Origin: a virus
Taxonomy: Duplodnaviria; Caudoviricetes
Direction: 5' to 3' (one strand)
Virus record (IMG/VR): IMGVR_UViG_3300043432_000083
Span: 33,761-97,760 of that record
Length of the DNA: 64,000 nucleotides
Below are positions 1-8,900 of the stretch, piece after piece. The notes beneath the pieces are model-generated. The model had not been told where the DNA came from. It searched no databases and saw only the letters and a program-made list of their open reading frames with translations. A program made the position numbers and the translations under genes. The stretch's first letter is position 1; the number at the start of each line of letters is the position of its first letter.

Positions 1-345
1 CGGGTCGAACTTGGCATTTCGAGGGATGAATTCGTGGGTGTAGTCCTGGAACCCGGACACTGATGTTTGCGCGGTGGCGCTGACACTAGACTGTCCACAC
101 ACGCCCCTCAAAAAGTGCCCGATCAGGAGCGGATGTGGCTCCATCGTGACGTCTCCGCCGCCCGATTCCTTACCCGGTTGCGCGATGCCTTCTGCGGTGC
201 GTCCCACGATGCTTCCACGCCGAATCTGTTCAATGTTGGTCTGGAGCCCTTCCGAGACGATAGGTACGAAATTCCATGAGCTTGTCGCTGTCCCAAAACT
301 CTGCTGTCTCGATACAGCCAGAAATCCCAATACGCCTTCAGCCAT
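1..345 (-). CDS. Tail tube protein, N-terminal part (runs off left edge; not in ORF track)
   Basis: Manual translation MAEGVLGFLAVSRQQSFGTAT...FVPIVSEGLQTNIEQ...GGDVTMEPHP...YTHEFIP; typical tail-tube N-terminus; follows neck genes. Confidence 0.75.
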   Translation of the reverse strand, partial: MAEGVLGFLAVSRQQSFGTATSSWNFVPIVSEGLQTNIEQIRRGSIVGRTAEGIAQPGKESGGGDVTMEPHPLLIGHFLRGVCGQSSVSATAQTSVSGFQDYTHEFIPRNAKFDP

Positions 346-372
346 GTTCAGATCCTAGACGACTTCGCGTCA

Positions 373-585
373 TTATCGGTCGCCTACACCGAGACCATCA
401 GCGACAATAACTTTGATGTCGCGTTTCTCAACAAGTTTCTTCACTTCGGCATGGACAAGTCGAGCAGCTCCTCGGCTGACAAGGTCCTGTCCTCTGCTGT
501 CTTCAATCTCGAAGATGGTCCCTGGTCCGACTGTACCCACATCGGAAATAAAGACCACCTCTTTGTCGGTCCACTCTAGTTTCAT
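373..585 (-). CDS. Small hypothetical protein upstream of tail tube
   Basis: 70-aa ORF in operon position. Confidence 0.7.
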   Translation of the reverse strand: MKLEWTDKEVVFISDVGTVGPGTIFEIEDSRGQDLVSRGAARLVHAEVKKLVEKRDIKVIVADGLGVGDR

Positions 586-606
586 TTGATTATAACCCTT
601 TCTGCC

Positions 607-1260
607 TTACAGCTTAAGTAAATAATTTTGGATCGTTTGATTCACCAATTGTTCTGCTAATGGGGGCGTAGGCAGCAATGGTCGCGCTTTCAGTCCAGGA
701 TGATGCACCTCCATTCGGAACATGACAGACTGGATGTCCCCTTTGCCTTTCGGAGCGCGTAGCCCTGCTCCCTTGATGGATTTTGCAGAGACAATACCAA
801 TCTTTGGTGTCCCAGATTGCCTCCGTACGAAGGAGGTCAACTGCCCCGCGCCACCCAATCCGCTCATCGGCGGCATGAAGAACATTAACGCCTTGGCATT
901 TTTCGGTCGGATGATATAGGGACGCGTTCCGAAGTGGTGATACTCCGCCACAGAATTCTCGGGGAAGCCGACTACGACCTTGTCTGCCGACGCCTGATAG
1001 GTTACAGAGGCTCGCAGGATGCCGTTGTTCTGAAGGATCTTTGCACCTCTGCCAGATTGACGCCGACCGAACAGGGTGGAGGATGCTAGGGGCGCCCACT
1101 TCTTCTCTGAGCCTTCTGCCTGGAAATTCCGGTCGATCCATTTGACAAGCTCCACCCCGATCTGACGATGCAGTGCTATTCGATCCTTGATCCGCCCGCC
1201 AGTCTGGGAGATCAGCGCCCGCGCCTCCGTTAATCCTTTGGCAATGATCCCGAGGCCCAT
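607..1260 (-). CDS. Virion morphogenesis / tail completion protein (Mu gpG-like)
   Basis: NFQAEG..KWAPLA..ST, ILQNNGILRASV, AEYHHFGT, HHPG..ARPLL motifs. Confidence 0.85.
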   Translation of the reverse strand: MGLGIIAKGLTEARALISQTGGRIKDRIALHRQIGVELVKWIDRNFQAEGSEKKWAPLASSTLFGRRQSGRGAKILQNNGILRASVTYQASADKVVVGFPENSVAEYHHFGTRPYIIRPKNAKALMFFMPPMSGLGGAGQLTSFVRRQSGTPKIGIVSAKSIKGAGLRAPKGKGDIQSVMFRMEVHHPGLKARPLLPTPPLAEQLVNQTIQNYLLKL

Positions 1261-1760
1261 TATCGGCTTCCGACAGTGGTGTCGATCTGCAAGGAGAGGA
1301 AGTCTGAATTCGCCAGCACCACCGAGGAGAATGTCACGCGCTGAAACATGATTCCTTGTGCGCTGCTCGCATGATTGAATGTCCCAGCCTCGACGATGGA
1401 CACAGACGCGACGCTATCCGCAGATCCACCCCAAGTGGTGATGACAGTCCACACGTTGCCGTTCAATGAAACGACATCATACGCTTTCCGTTTGACTTCC
1501 CCAGTTAGCGTCGCATTGGTCAGAGTCGCAGCGGTCGTAACGGTGCCGATGGCAGTGTAATACATCGGAGAATTTGTTCCAACTGCTCGTGAGCCAACCC
1601 TTGAGGCCAGATAGTCCATACCATTGCTGACAATGAGATTGTCGCGTTCCTCTCGCTCGGTCATTACGACCGATCCGTTAGGCATCGTACGCCAGACTTC
1701 CTTGATCCATCGCCCATGCATCGGGAATACGCCAGCATCCGTGAAAATCAATTGTGACAT
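1260..1760 (-). CDS. Putative virion structural protein, paralog of 3306..3833
   Basis: NLIVSNG..AIGT..T....L.GEVKR..EAGTFN..G.M..R pattern seen in tail-collar/fibre-attachment-type proteins. Confidence 0.6.
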   Translation of the reverse strand: MSQLIFTDAGVFPMHGRWIKEVWRTMPNGSVVMTEREERDNLIVSNGMDYLASRVGSRAVGTNSPMYYTAIGTVTTAATLTNATLTGEVKRKAYDVVSLNGNVWTVITTWGGSADSVASVSIVEAGTFNHASSAQGIMFQRVTFSSVVLANSDFLSLQIDTTVGSR

Positions 1761-1793
1761 AGGTGCCCGCCATTCGCCATTCGAGGCAGTATT

Positions 1794-2036
1794 TTAGTCT
1801 CGCCGAACTGTTCTCATATTGACCAGATCGTCCCGTCCTGGACGCTGGGTGACGAAGCTTGCAACCAATGAGACCCCATCCCTGTAGACGACGCCTCGCC
1901 ACTTGCAGGATCGGCATTGGAAGATATTGATCCCAGACAGATGTTCTGCCAGCACTGCATTGCAATCCGGGCAACGGATGCGATGGCTTTCATCTGGAGT
2001 TCGTAATCGCAAGGCTTCTACAAATGCGTTCGTCAT
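1794..2036 (-). CDS. Com-like zinc-ribbon protein
   Basis: IRCPDCNAVLAE...FQCRSCK matches the Mu Com-type RCxxCxxLL..CxxC pattern. Confidence 0.65.
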   Translation of the reverse strand: MTNAFVEALRLRTPDESHRIRCPDCNAVLAEHLSGINIFQCRSCKWRGVVYRDGVSLVASFVTQRPGRDDLVNMRTVRRD

Positions 2037-2479
2037 AATGTGGCTGTCACCTCCGCTGCCAGGTCTATGGCTGCCTGTGCCCAGAATCCGTTATCGCCAG
2101 GGCCTCCGCCATGCTCGCCTCCGTTGATTTGCAACTGCCTCGATATCAGCGCGCCGCCAAGGGATCGATCAGTCATCAGGGCCAGCTCGACATAGCCCAG
2201 CAATTCGTCTCGCTGCGCCATCGCATCCTCGATTCCTGCCCCTGAAAAGGCGGCTACGACCACCTGCCATCGGTATAGATATCGTGTCCTTGTGCCTGCG
2301 GCAATAGGCTGCGTGGTCGGATCTCGCCGAAGCTCAAAAATATTGATATGGGGTGATGCGCTGATCGGAATGACCGCCCTGGCGATCTCTATCGTTGCTT
2401 GAAGATCACGAACATTCGCATCATTCGCGATGGTGGTTTTCGTCCCGTTCAATATCGCGGTGTAATTGATGCGCGCCAT
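2033..2479 (-). CDS. Putative tail terminator/completion protein
   Basis: 148 aa, P.INI and ALMTDRSLGG motifs, directly after head-tail adaptor. Confidence 0.6.
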   Translation of the reverse strand: MARINYTAILNGTKTTIANDANVRDLQATIEIARAVIPISASPHINIFELRRDPTTQPIAAGTRTRYLYRWQVVVAAFSGAGIEDAMAQRDELLGYVELALMTDRSLGGALISRQLQINGGEHGGGPGDNGFWAQAAIDLAAEVTATL

Positions 2480-2973
2480 TAGCTGTCCGCGTCCTGGTCG
2501 TCTTGCGCCTGGTCAATTCGGTTCGGCGAAACGCGCTGGTCGATGGCGTCCAAGATATTCATCGTTGGCGCGTACTGTTTAGTGCTGCTCCAGAATTGCA
2601 AGCTCTTTGGTGTCGTCTTGGAAAGGATTGTCCCCGAACTTGTGACGATGTCCGCTTCTCCGTCGAGCAAGGCTTTCAGCAAGGCATCATATCGGTCATT
2701 ATATTGCTTGCACCACTGACTCACGCTCGGATCTTCCATACTGATCTTCGAGGCGATGATGTCGGCTGCTGTCCCGAGCTTCGTCAAAGTCTTGAGCATT
2801 GGCGGCGCGCTCCCGGAGAACTGCGCCGTGTTCCAATACCGTCCGATGCGAGAATCGATTTCATCCTCTCGTGTCTCGATGAAGAATTCCACTTCGCCCG
2901 GCGTCATGCCTGCGGTGCTGATCAACGCGGGCAAAATGCTTTGCACCTGTCCTGCATCAACATAGCGTCCCAT
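2479..2973 (-). CDS. Head-tail adaptor (Mu gp36/DUF1320-like)
   Basis: N-terminal Y....V, EIDSRIGRY, PP.LK, RYDALLKALLDGEADI. Confidence 0.75.
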   Translation of the reverse strand: MGRYVDAGQVQSILPALISTAGMTPGEVEFFIETREDEIDSRIGRYWNTAQFSGSAPPMLKTLTKLGTAADIIASKISMEDPSVSQWCKQYNDRYDALLKALLDGEADIVTSSGTILSKTTPKSLQFWSSTKQYAPTMNILDAIDQRVSPNRIDQAQDDQDADS

Positions 2974-3297
2974 TTATTGCGTCCTCCCCTGCTCAAATGG
3001 CAAGGTCTTCGTCACCTCAAACACCTGCCTGGTGATGAATGGCGACCGACTGTTGGCATGGGTCGATTGTATCGCCGTCCATTCCTGCATCAAGTGACAA
3101 GGATATTTGCCGAACGAATCTGGAATAGTGACATAGACATACCAGTTGCCGGTCCCAGAGGTCACTGCCGCAAGGCTGGCTACCAGGGTTTCCGATGCTG
3201 TTTTGATCGCCAAACTGAGTGACAAAGGGTCAGTCGCGGCTGACCATGTGAATTGCTTGGTATCCCCAACTTCAACTCGTATATAAGGCGCTGCCAT
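2974..3297 (-). CDS. Putative beta-sandwich virion protein
   Basis: Start reassigned to MAAPYIRVEVGDT (AAGGA RBS); G.WY.Y strand pattern. Confidence 0.6.
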   Translation of the reverse strand: MAAPYIRVEVGDTKQFTWSAATDPLSLSLAIKTASETLVASLAAVTSGTGNWYVYVTIPDSFGKYPCHLMQEWTAIQSTHANSRSPFITRQVFEVTKTLPFEQGRTQ

Positions 3298-3305
3298 GCT
3301 GTCCT

Positions 3306-3833
3306 TTACAGACTTCCGACGCTGATGATGACTTGGACCGCCGCGATGTCGCTGTTCTGGAGGGTGAACGTCGCCGCCAATGGAGCGCGATTCAGCATGA
3401 TCCCAGCCCCACTGCCCGCAGCATTCCACACGCCAGCCTCGCCAATCACCACGTTGACCAAAGAGTCTGTTCCGCCACCAAAGGTCGAGACGGCACTCCA
3501 CGAATTATTAGTCGTCACCGATACCGCAGAAAACGTGAGGCGCTTGACTTCGCCAGCAAGGTTGGTCTGGTTGACGGAACCTACTGTCGTTGCTGTACCG
3601 ACTGCGATGTAGGCCATTTGAGAATTTGCACCGACCCCATAACTGGAAATCCATCGAGCCATCATCGACAAGCCGGTCTGTACGACCACGTTGTCGGCGC
3701 GATACTGTTCAGTAGTTCCGAAGTTCGAGAATCCTGGAGTTCGACGTTCCACGTTGATTAGATACGTCCCCTTCATAGGGAATCCAACGAGAGGAGAATT
3801 CGATACGGCTGTCTGCAACGGGGTCTTTGCCAT
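3306..3833 (-). CDS. Putative virion structural protein, paralog of 1260..1760
   Basis: DNVVVQTG, YIAVGTATT, LAGEVKR, GEAGVWN, GIMLNR align with the 1260..1760 product. Confidence 0.6.
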   Translation of the reverse strand: MAKTPLQTAVSNSPLVGFPMKGTYLINVERRTPGFSNFGTTEQYRADNVVVQTGLSMMARWISSYGVGANSQMAYIAVGTATTVGSVNQTNLAGEVKRLTFSAVSVTTNNSWSAVSTFGGGTDSLVNVVIGEAGVWNAAGSGAGIMLNRAPLAATFTLQNSDIAAVQVIISVGSL

Positions 3834-3899
3834 GAGGATCGGTCCTTATGTCCGACTAAGCGGCACAATTAACCATGTTACACAATACGTTGTCGTTTA

Positions 3900-5951
3900 T
3901 CATTCAATGCTACTTTTGCCCCCCCCAACGGCTATAACGCCGCGTCCAGCATGACTTTGTCCTATATGGGCGGACTGTCCCATATCGGCCTTGATATGTC
4001 CAGTCGTTACTATACCACCTTGCGACCCTGGACGCACAATCGACACAGTCCATGAATCGGCAACCGCCCCAGATTCCCCACGCTCGCGTTGGCTGATAGT
4101 GAGAGCATCCAGTCGGTCGATGAGTGACATCAGTTCTGTCAAGACACGATGGTAATCATCCTGCCCAATATTTGCAATTGTGCTGTCTTGCGCCAGTACC
4201 TGATCGAGCAGACTTCGGAGTACGGACGCCGCACTGCGAGCCGTATCTGCCGTGAATGCCTGCTCAGGCAATGTTCGGCTCAGCGATAGGATGCTTGGCA
4301 GCAAATCTCCTGCAAGGGATGTCTCAGTGATGTCACGCCGGATATGCAGGACAGAGGCTGGTTGACTTCCCAGCGTAAACTGATCGAAGGTCTCGCGTGA
4401 CTGTGTAACAGATCGGTGGGCATGATCCCACCCAAGCACCTCATCAAGCAACGCTCGGAAGGATATGAGGGTGTGCTGTTCTTTATCATCTGTTGGGATT
4501 GCATCCAATACAACTTTCAGATAAGTAAGCTGTGCGGTCAGAAGCCAGACGTCTGGCACATGAACACGCTCAACAACTATCCGGGATAACGCAGACAGCG
4601 ACTGAATTACATCCATCGCAGATGTGTCGTCAGCAATCTCGCGGTATCGTGTTGTAATTTGGGAGGTTAAGTCTGCCCATGCCGACGACTCGCAGAGAAG
4701 TCTTACGAGAGTCGTCGATGCCTTGAATACTTCCGACGCTTCGCAGGCGTCTATCCAGTCTCGCAGGATGACCGTCTGTTGTGATGTGGCATCAATACCC
4801 TGTAACCCATCAAGCAATGCGCGTAAATGAACAACTGCCGCTGCCGACAGTACCGCATCATTCGCCGCTAACCCATCTAGCTGCGTTCTAGCCATCGCCG
4901 CATATCGTGCGATCACATCACCATACTGCATCACTTCTTGAAGTGTGCGGCTCATATGCAGTGAACGGCTCGGATCGTCTGCTGCAAGCATGCCCTCAAT
5001 GAGATTTCGCGTCGCGCCTACGGTTCGATTATCGCTGTCCTGGGTGCGGAACATCTCCGACACATCGCGCATGACCGATTGAGACACTGGAAGATTGTCC
5101 AACAGCGCGAAACCCTCATTGTACGTTCGATTAATAGACAACAGAGTATTGAGAACTTCCGTGTGTATCATCGAATCGAGAATCATTCGAGAGTAGGTCT
5201 GTGATAATTCTGGAACATAAACCGATGCGCTGAAGGTATCTGCCGCATTGCCCGCGACATCCGACAACTGGCGAATAGCCCATACTTGCGCCGAAACGTC
5301 GTCTTGCATGACTGGCACATTCGCAAGTGCGGTATCGAGTAATGCTCCAAACTGCGCCGTGATGATCGACGCGGAGGTGCCAGTCGAGATCAATGCATTG
5401 CGGTTGACGTTCCCCCAAGCGGTCGAGATCGCCCAGGCCATCTGGACGAAGAGATATTCGCTGTTCGCCGTAAATTGGCCAGGACTGAATGAGAGGGTGG
5501 TCAATCGCCCAGAGGTTGTCGTGCTTAAATCTCTTAGAGTCGAGCATTGCACATTCGTCGTGATCTCTGTCGCGGACGACCCATTTTGGTTGGGGCTGCG
5601 ATAGAGCCTGACGCGCATATAGCCGCGCCCGGTGGTATCGGCACTGGTGTCACCGATCAGGAAGGCAAACGACCAGGCTTGGTTTCCAAATGTCCCATAG
5701 TAGGCGCTTTGCGTCCTGAAGGCATCTCTAGTCCCAAGCGTTCCAGCGTTCGGCAACAGTCCGTTAGATGTGAAGCTACCCGTAGGAGCTGTTTGCAATG
5801 CACCGAGTAACGCAGACTTCGAGGCGGCCTGTGTCCCATGCGTCCAGCCGGTCCCGGTCTTGAGACTGGCAGGGGCTGTAGCCGTCAGCATCATATGGCT
5901 GCTGACGCCTGCGACGGTATTTTGAAAATACAGTTGGATTGTTGAGGCCAT
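3900..5951 (-). CDS. Ser/Thr-rich virion protein with ~20-aa degenerate repeats (fibre-like)
   Basis: S/T/G-rich ~200-aa N-domain, then many R-x-[LI]-x-[DE]-x5-D units. Confidence 0.6.
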   Translation of the reverse strand: MASTIQLYFQNTVAGVSSHMMLTATAPASLKTGTGWTHGTQAASKSALLGALQTAPTGSFTSNGLLPNAGTLGTRDAFRTQSAYYGTFGNQAWSFAFLIGDTSADTTGRGYMRVRLYRSPNQNGSSATEITTNVQCSTLRDLSTTTSGRLTTLSFSPGQFTANSEYLFVQMAWAISTAWGNVNRNALISTGTSASIITAQFGALLDTALANVPVMQDDVSAQVWAIRQLSDVAGNAADTFSASVYVPELSQTYSRMILDSMIHTEVLNTLLSINRTYNEGFALLDNLPVSQSVMRDVSEMFRTQDSDNRTVGATRNLIEGMLAADDPSRSLHMSRTLQEVMQYGDVIARYAAMARTQLDGLAANDAVLSAAAVVHLRALLDGLQGIDATSQQTVILRDWIDACEASEVFKASTTLVRLLCESSAWADLTSQITTRYREIADDTSAMDVIQSLSALSRIVVERVHVPDVWLLTAQLTYLKVVLDAIPTDDKEQHTLISFRALLDEVLGWDHAHRSVTQSRETFDQFTLGSQPASVLHIRRDITETSLAGDLLPSILSLSRTLPEQAFTADTARSAASVLRSLLDQVLAQDSTIANIGQDDYHRVLTELMSLIDRLDALTISQRERGESGAVADSWTVSIVRPGSQGGIVTTGHIKADMGQSAHIGQSHAGRGVIAVGGGKSSIE

Positions 5952-5954
5952 TGC

Positions 5955-8900
5955 CTAGATGTACTCCTCGTCCCAGATTACAGCCAAATCTCTGACACCA
6001 CCCATCACCAAGGTCTCCAAATCTTTCTTGTCAGCCATTCGCCCAGTGTAGACGATCTCCCGTGGCTGGCCATCTACACCGCCCACCTTCAAGACGATTT
6101 GCACCTCAAACCCGCGACGGAGGACTTGCAAGGCTTCGTTGTAGTATTGCAATCCATCTGTGGCCATCTGATGTGTCGCGCCCAGGAAATCCTTGCGATA
6201 TGCCTCAATCGCAGTCTCCAGATACTGAATAGCCGATGGTGTCAAAGCTCCTTGATTCCGCTCCGACTCGTATCGAGCCAAATGAATCCAGTCACGGATC
6301 ATCAGGAATTTGCCGAGGATACGGTCTGGATACTGGGCTCGATCACGGAACATGAGTTGGATATTCCGGTCGAAGCGACCGCGCCGCCCGGTCTCCGTGA
6401 GGTAGCCGTCATGGGCGATATGGACATCAGACAGGACGATACTCTGGCCGACGGAGTGGTTCAGGGCTAATTCTGGATGCTCATGCACAAACCCGTAGCA
6501 CCTGATTCCCGTTTCCTTCCCATTCAACCATATTCGTCGGAAGAATCGCACTGGCAAGTCCGGCTTAAAAGCATTCGCTGGCACTGCACTGAAATGATGT
6601 TGCTGAATCGCAAAACCGTTATAGATCGACCATCGAAGATATTTCGGCAAGTTCTGAGCGTCAAGAAGCTCCTCGTCTGCGTCGATCCAATGAATAAAAT
6701 CTCCGGTCGCTCGCTGCCATCCTCGGTTTCGCACAGCATCAAATCCAACTTGCAATGGATTCTGTCCCTGCCCAGGCTCAATACCAAACCGTCGCAGTAT
6801 TTCCGGCGTCGTATCAGTTGAGCCGGTATCATCAACGATGATCTCGTCACAATAGGGAGCAATCGACTTCAGGCACCGCGTCAGCAAGGATTCCCCATTC
6901 TTGACGATCATCGCTCCAGTGAGGCTGAGTTGTGGCGATTGAAGCCACTTGCGACGTTCCAAGTTGAGCGTGCTGACAGGCATCAAGGCTTTCTTTGTAT
7001 AGCAATTCAACAGCCACGCCAGGGGTCGGTTGTCGTATTTCGACAAGGCCCCACCTTCGACAATCATCGCCAACAAGTCAGACTTGCCACCCAACATTTC
7101 CTTGACATCATGGCCGTCAAAGACCCATCGGCGCTTTCGTGGCTCGCCTCGATGGAGTCTGTCTTGCTGAACCCCAGGACAGGCCGTTACGAAGCAGATA
7201 TGGCCGCCATCATTCGTCAGATATTCAGCATCCTTGATATGCTTGAGTGGATCGATTGAGCAATCAAGGCTTTCAACGCCAACCACGAAATCCGCCTTGC
7301 CATCCCGCACCGACTCTGTGCTAAGCATCTGTGCAAGATGGTCCGCGATTATATCGCCATTCGCGCCAACGCCCCTGATGGTCTTTGGTTTGTATTGTGC
7401 CGCAACATTTGCCACGGCATGATAGAGATGGTCGGTTGGCAGCCGTGGAGCATCCTGCTCCATACGCTCGACTTCATCTTTATGACGGAATGCGGTTGTT
7501 TGTTCAGGCGTCAAGTCTGGTAATATCTTTTCAACGCCGTTGACATCGCCCAATCGCCACCAGTGCCTGACCAGCCTGAGTTTGTCCTTCGACCGTAGCT
7601 CGATAGCCCCAAGCAGGAAGTGCTCCCAATCTTCCGCTGCTCCTGACCAATCGTAGTGCTCGGCCCCATTCCGGCCAGCGTCTGACATACGCTTGTTCAG
7701 TAGATCATCGCTGATGACGTCCCAGGCGGCGTCAACGAATCGATTGACGAAGTCCGGCGTGGCAGACTTGCTAGGATGCTCAACTAATCTAGCGAATCCA
7801 TCAGCAAGACTGGTCGTCTCTGGCAAGGCTCCGAGGGTGGATGCGACCACCGGAAGTCCGCAGGCAGCAGCTTCCATCGTAGTCAAGCACGAGACTTCCT
7901 CGAAATTGTTAGATGGGTATAGAAGCACCCTCGCCCTCGAATACAAGCCATACAATTCAGACTTCTTCAACGCCCCAAGCCATTTTGCTCTTGGTCCCAG
8001 GTTCGCCATAAGCTGCTGACAATGCTGGTAAAATGGGGCGAGCGATTCGACGGTATTATTGTAAGCGGCCACATATAGCGTCAGGTTCGGATTGCGCTCC
8101 AAGAGTTTCGGGAACACCTGGGACAACAACACATCCAGTCCTCGTTCAGGACGGGAGGCATAGACGATGGCATTTTTGTCCTTCTGGCCACGCTTATCTA
8201 TCGACTTCCTCACGAAATCCAAATCAATCCCGTTCCGCATTGGGGCCATGATCTCCGGTGGTAGATCGTAGACCTTGCAGAGTTGTCTCGCGTGCCAGTT
8301 CGAGACTGGGACAATATAGTCCACGTTCCATAGGCTTGACCGGAACGGCACATGGAACCGTTTCAACCCAAGGTCATGGCACCACAAGATATTCAGCTTG
8401 CTCTGCAACGCCAGATTGAACCCGGTCGGCTCCCGCTGGATGATACTGATGTCGTGTGGGGTCGAGCTTGCATAACGGACATAGTCTCCAATAGGCAAGT
8501 AGGTCACGCCATCGAATTTCCCTGGCTGTCCTGGTAGATTCGAGAACACAGTAACACTGTGGCCCCGCTTCGCCAAAGCTCTGCATAGTCCAATCGCTGC
8601 TGACTCTGAACCGCCAAGGTCCTTCGTCCGATCTGTCTGTCCATCAAATGGCATCCCGGCGACCGCCATCAAGATTGACAGCTCCTTCACCGGAGGCGTC
8701 GAGGTGCAGGATGGCACCGGGAAACGGTCAGGGAGCGGTTGGGCTTCGATGATTGGCGCGGTCGCTGTCGGTGCAGTTGCTTTATCAGTGTTGATCTTGC
8801 CACCGCACACGTCCCAGAGATAGCTCGCCATATCAGCCCATGATGTTCCTGCGCTACCTGTCGAGCCTTCAACATCGTATGGCCGTTCCTTGAGCACGCG

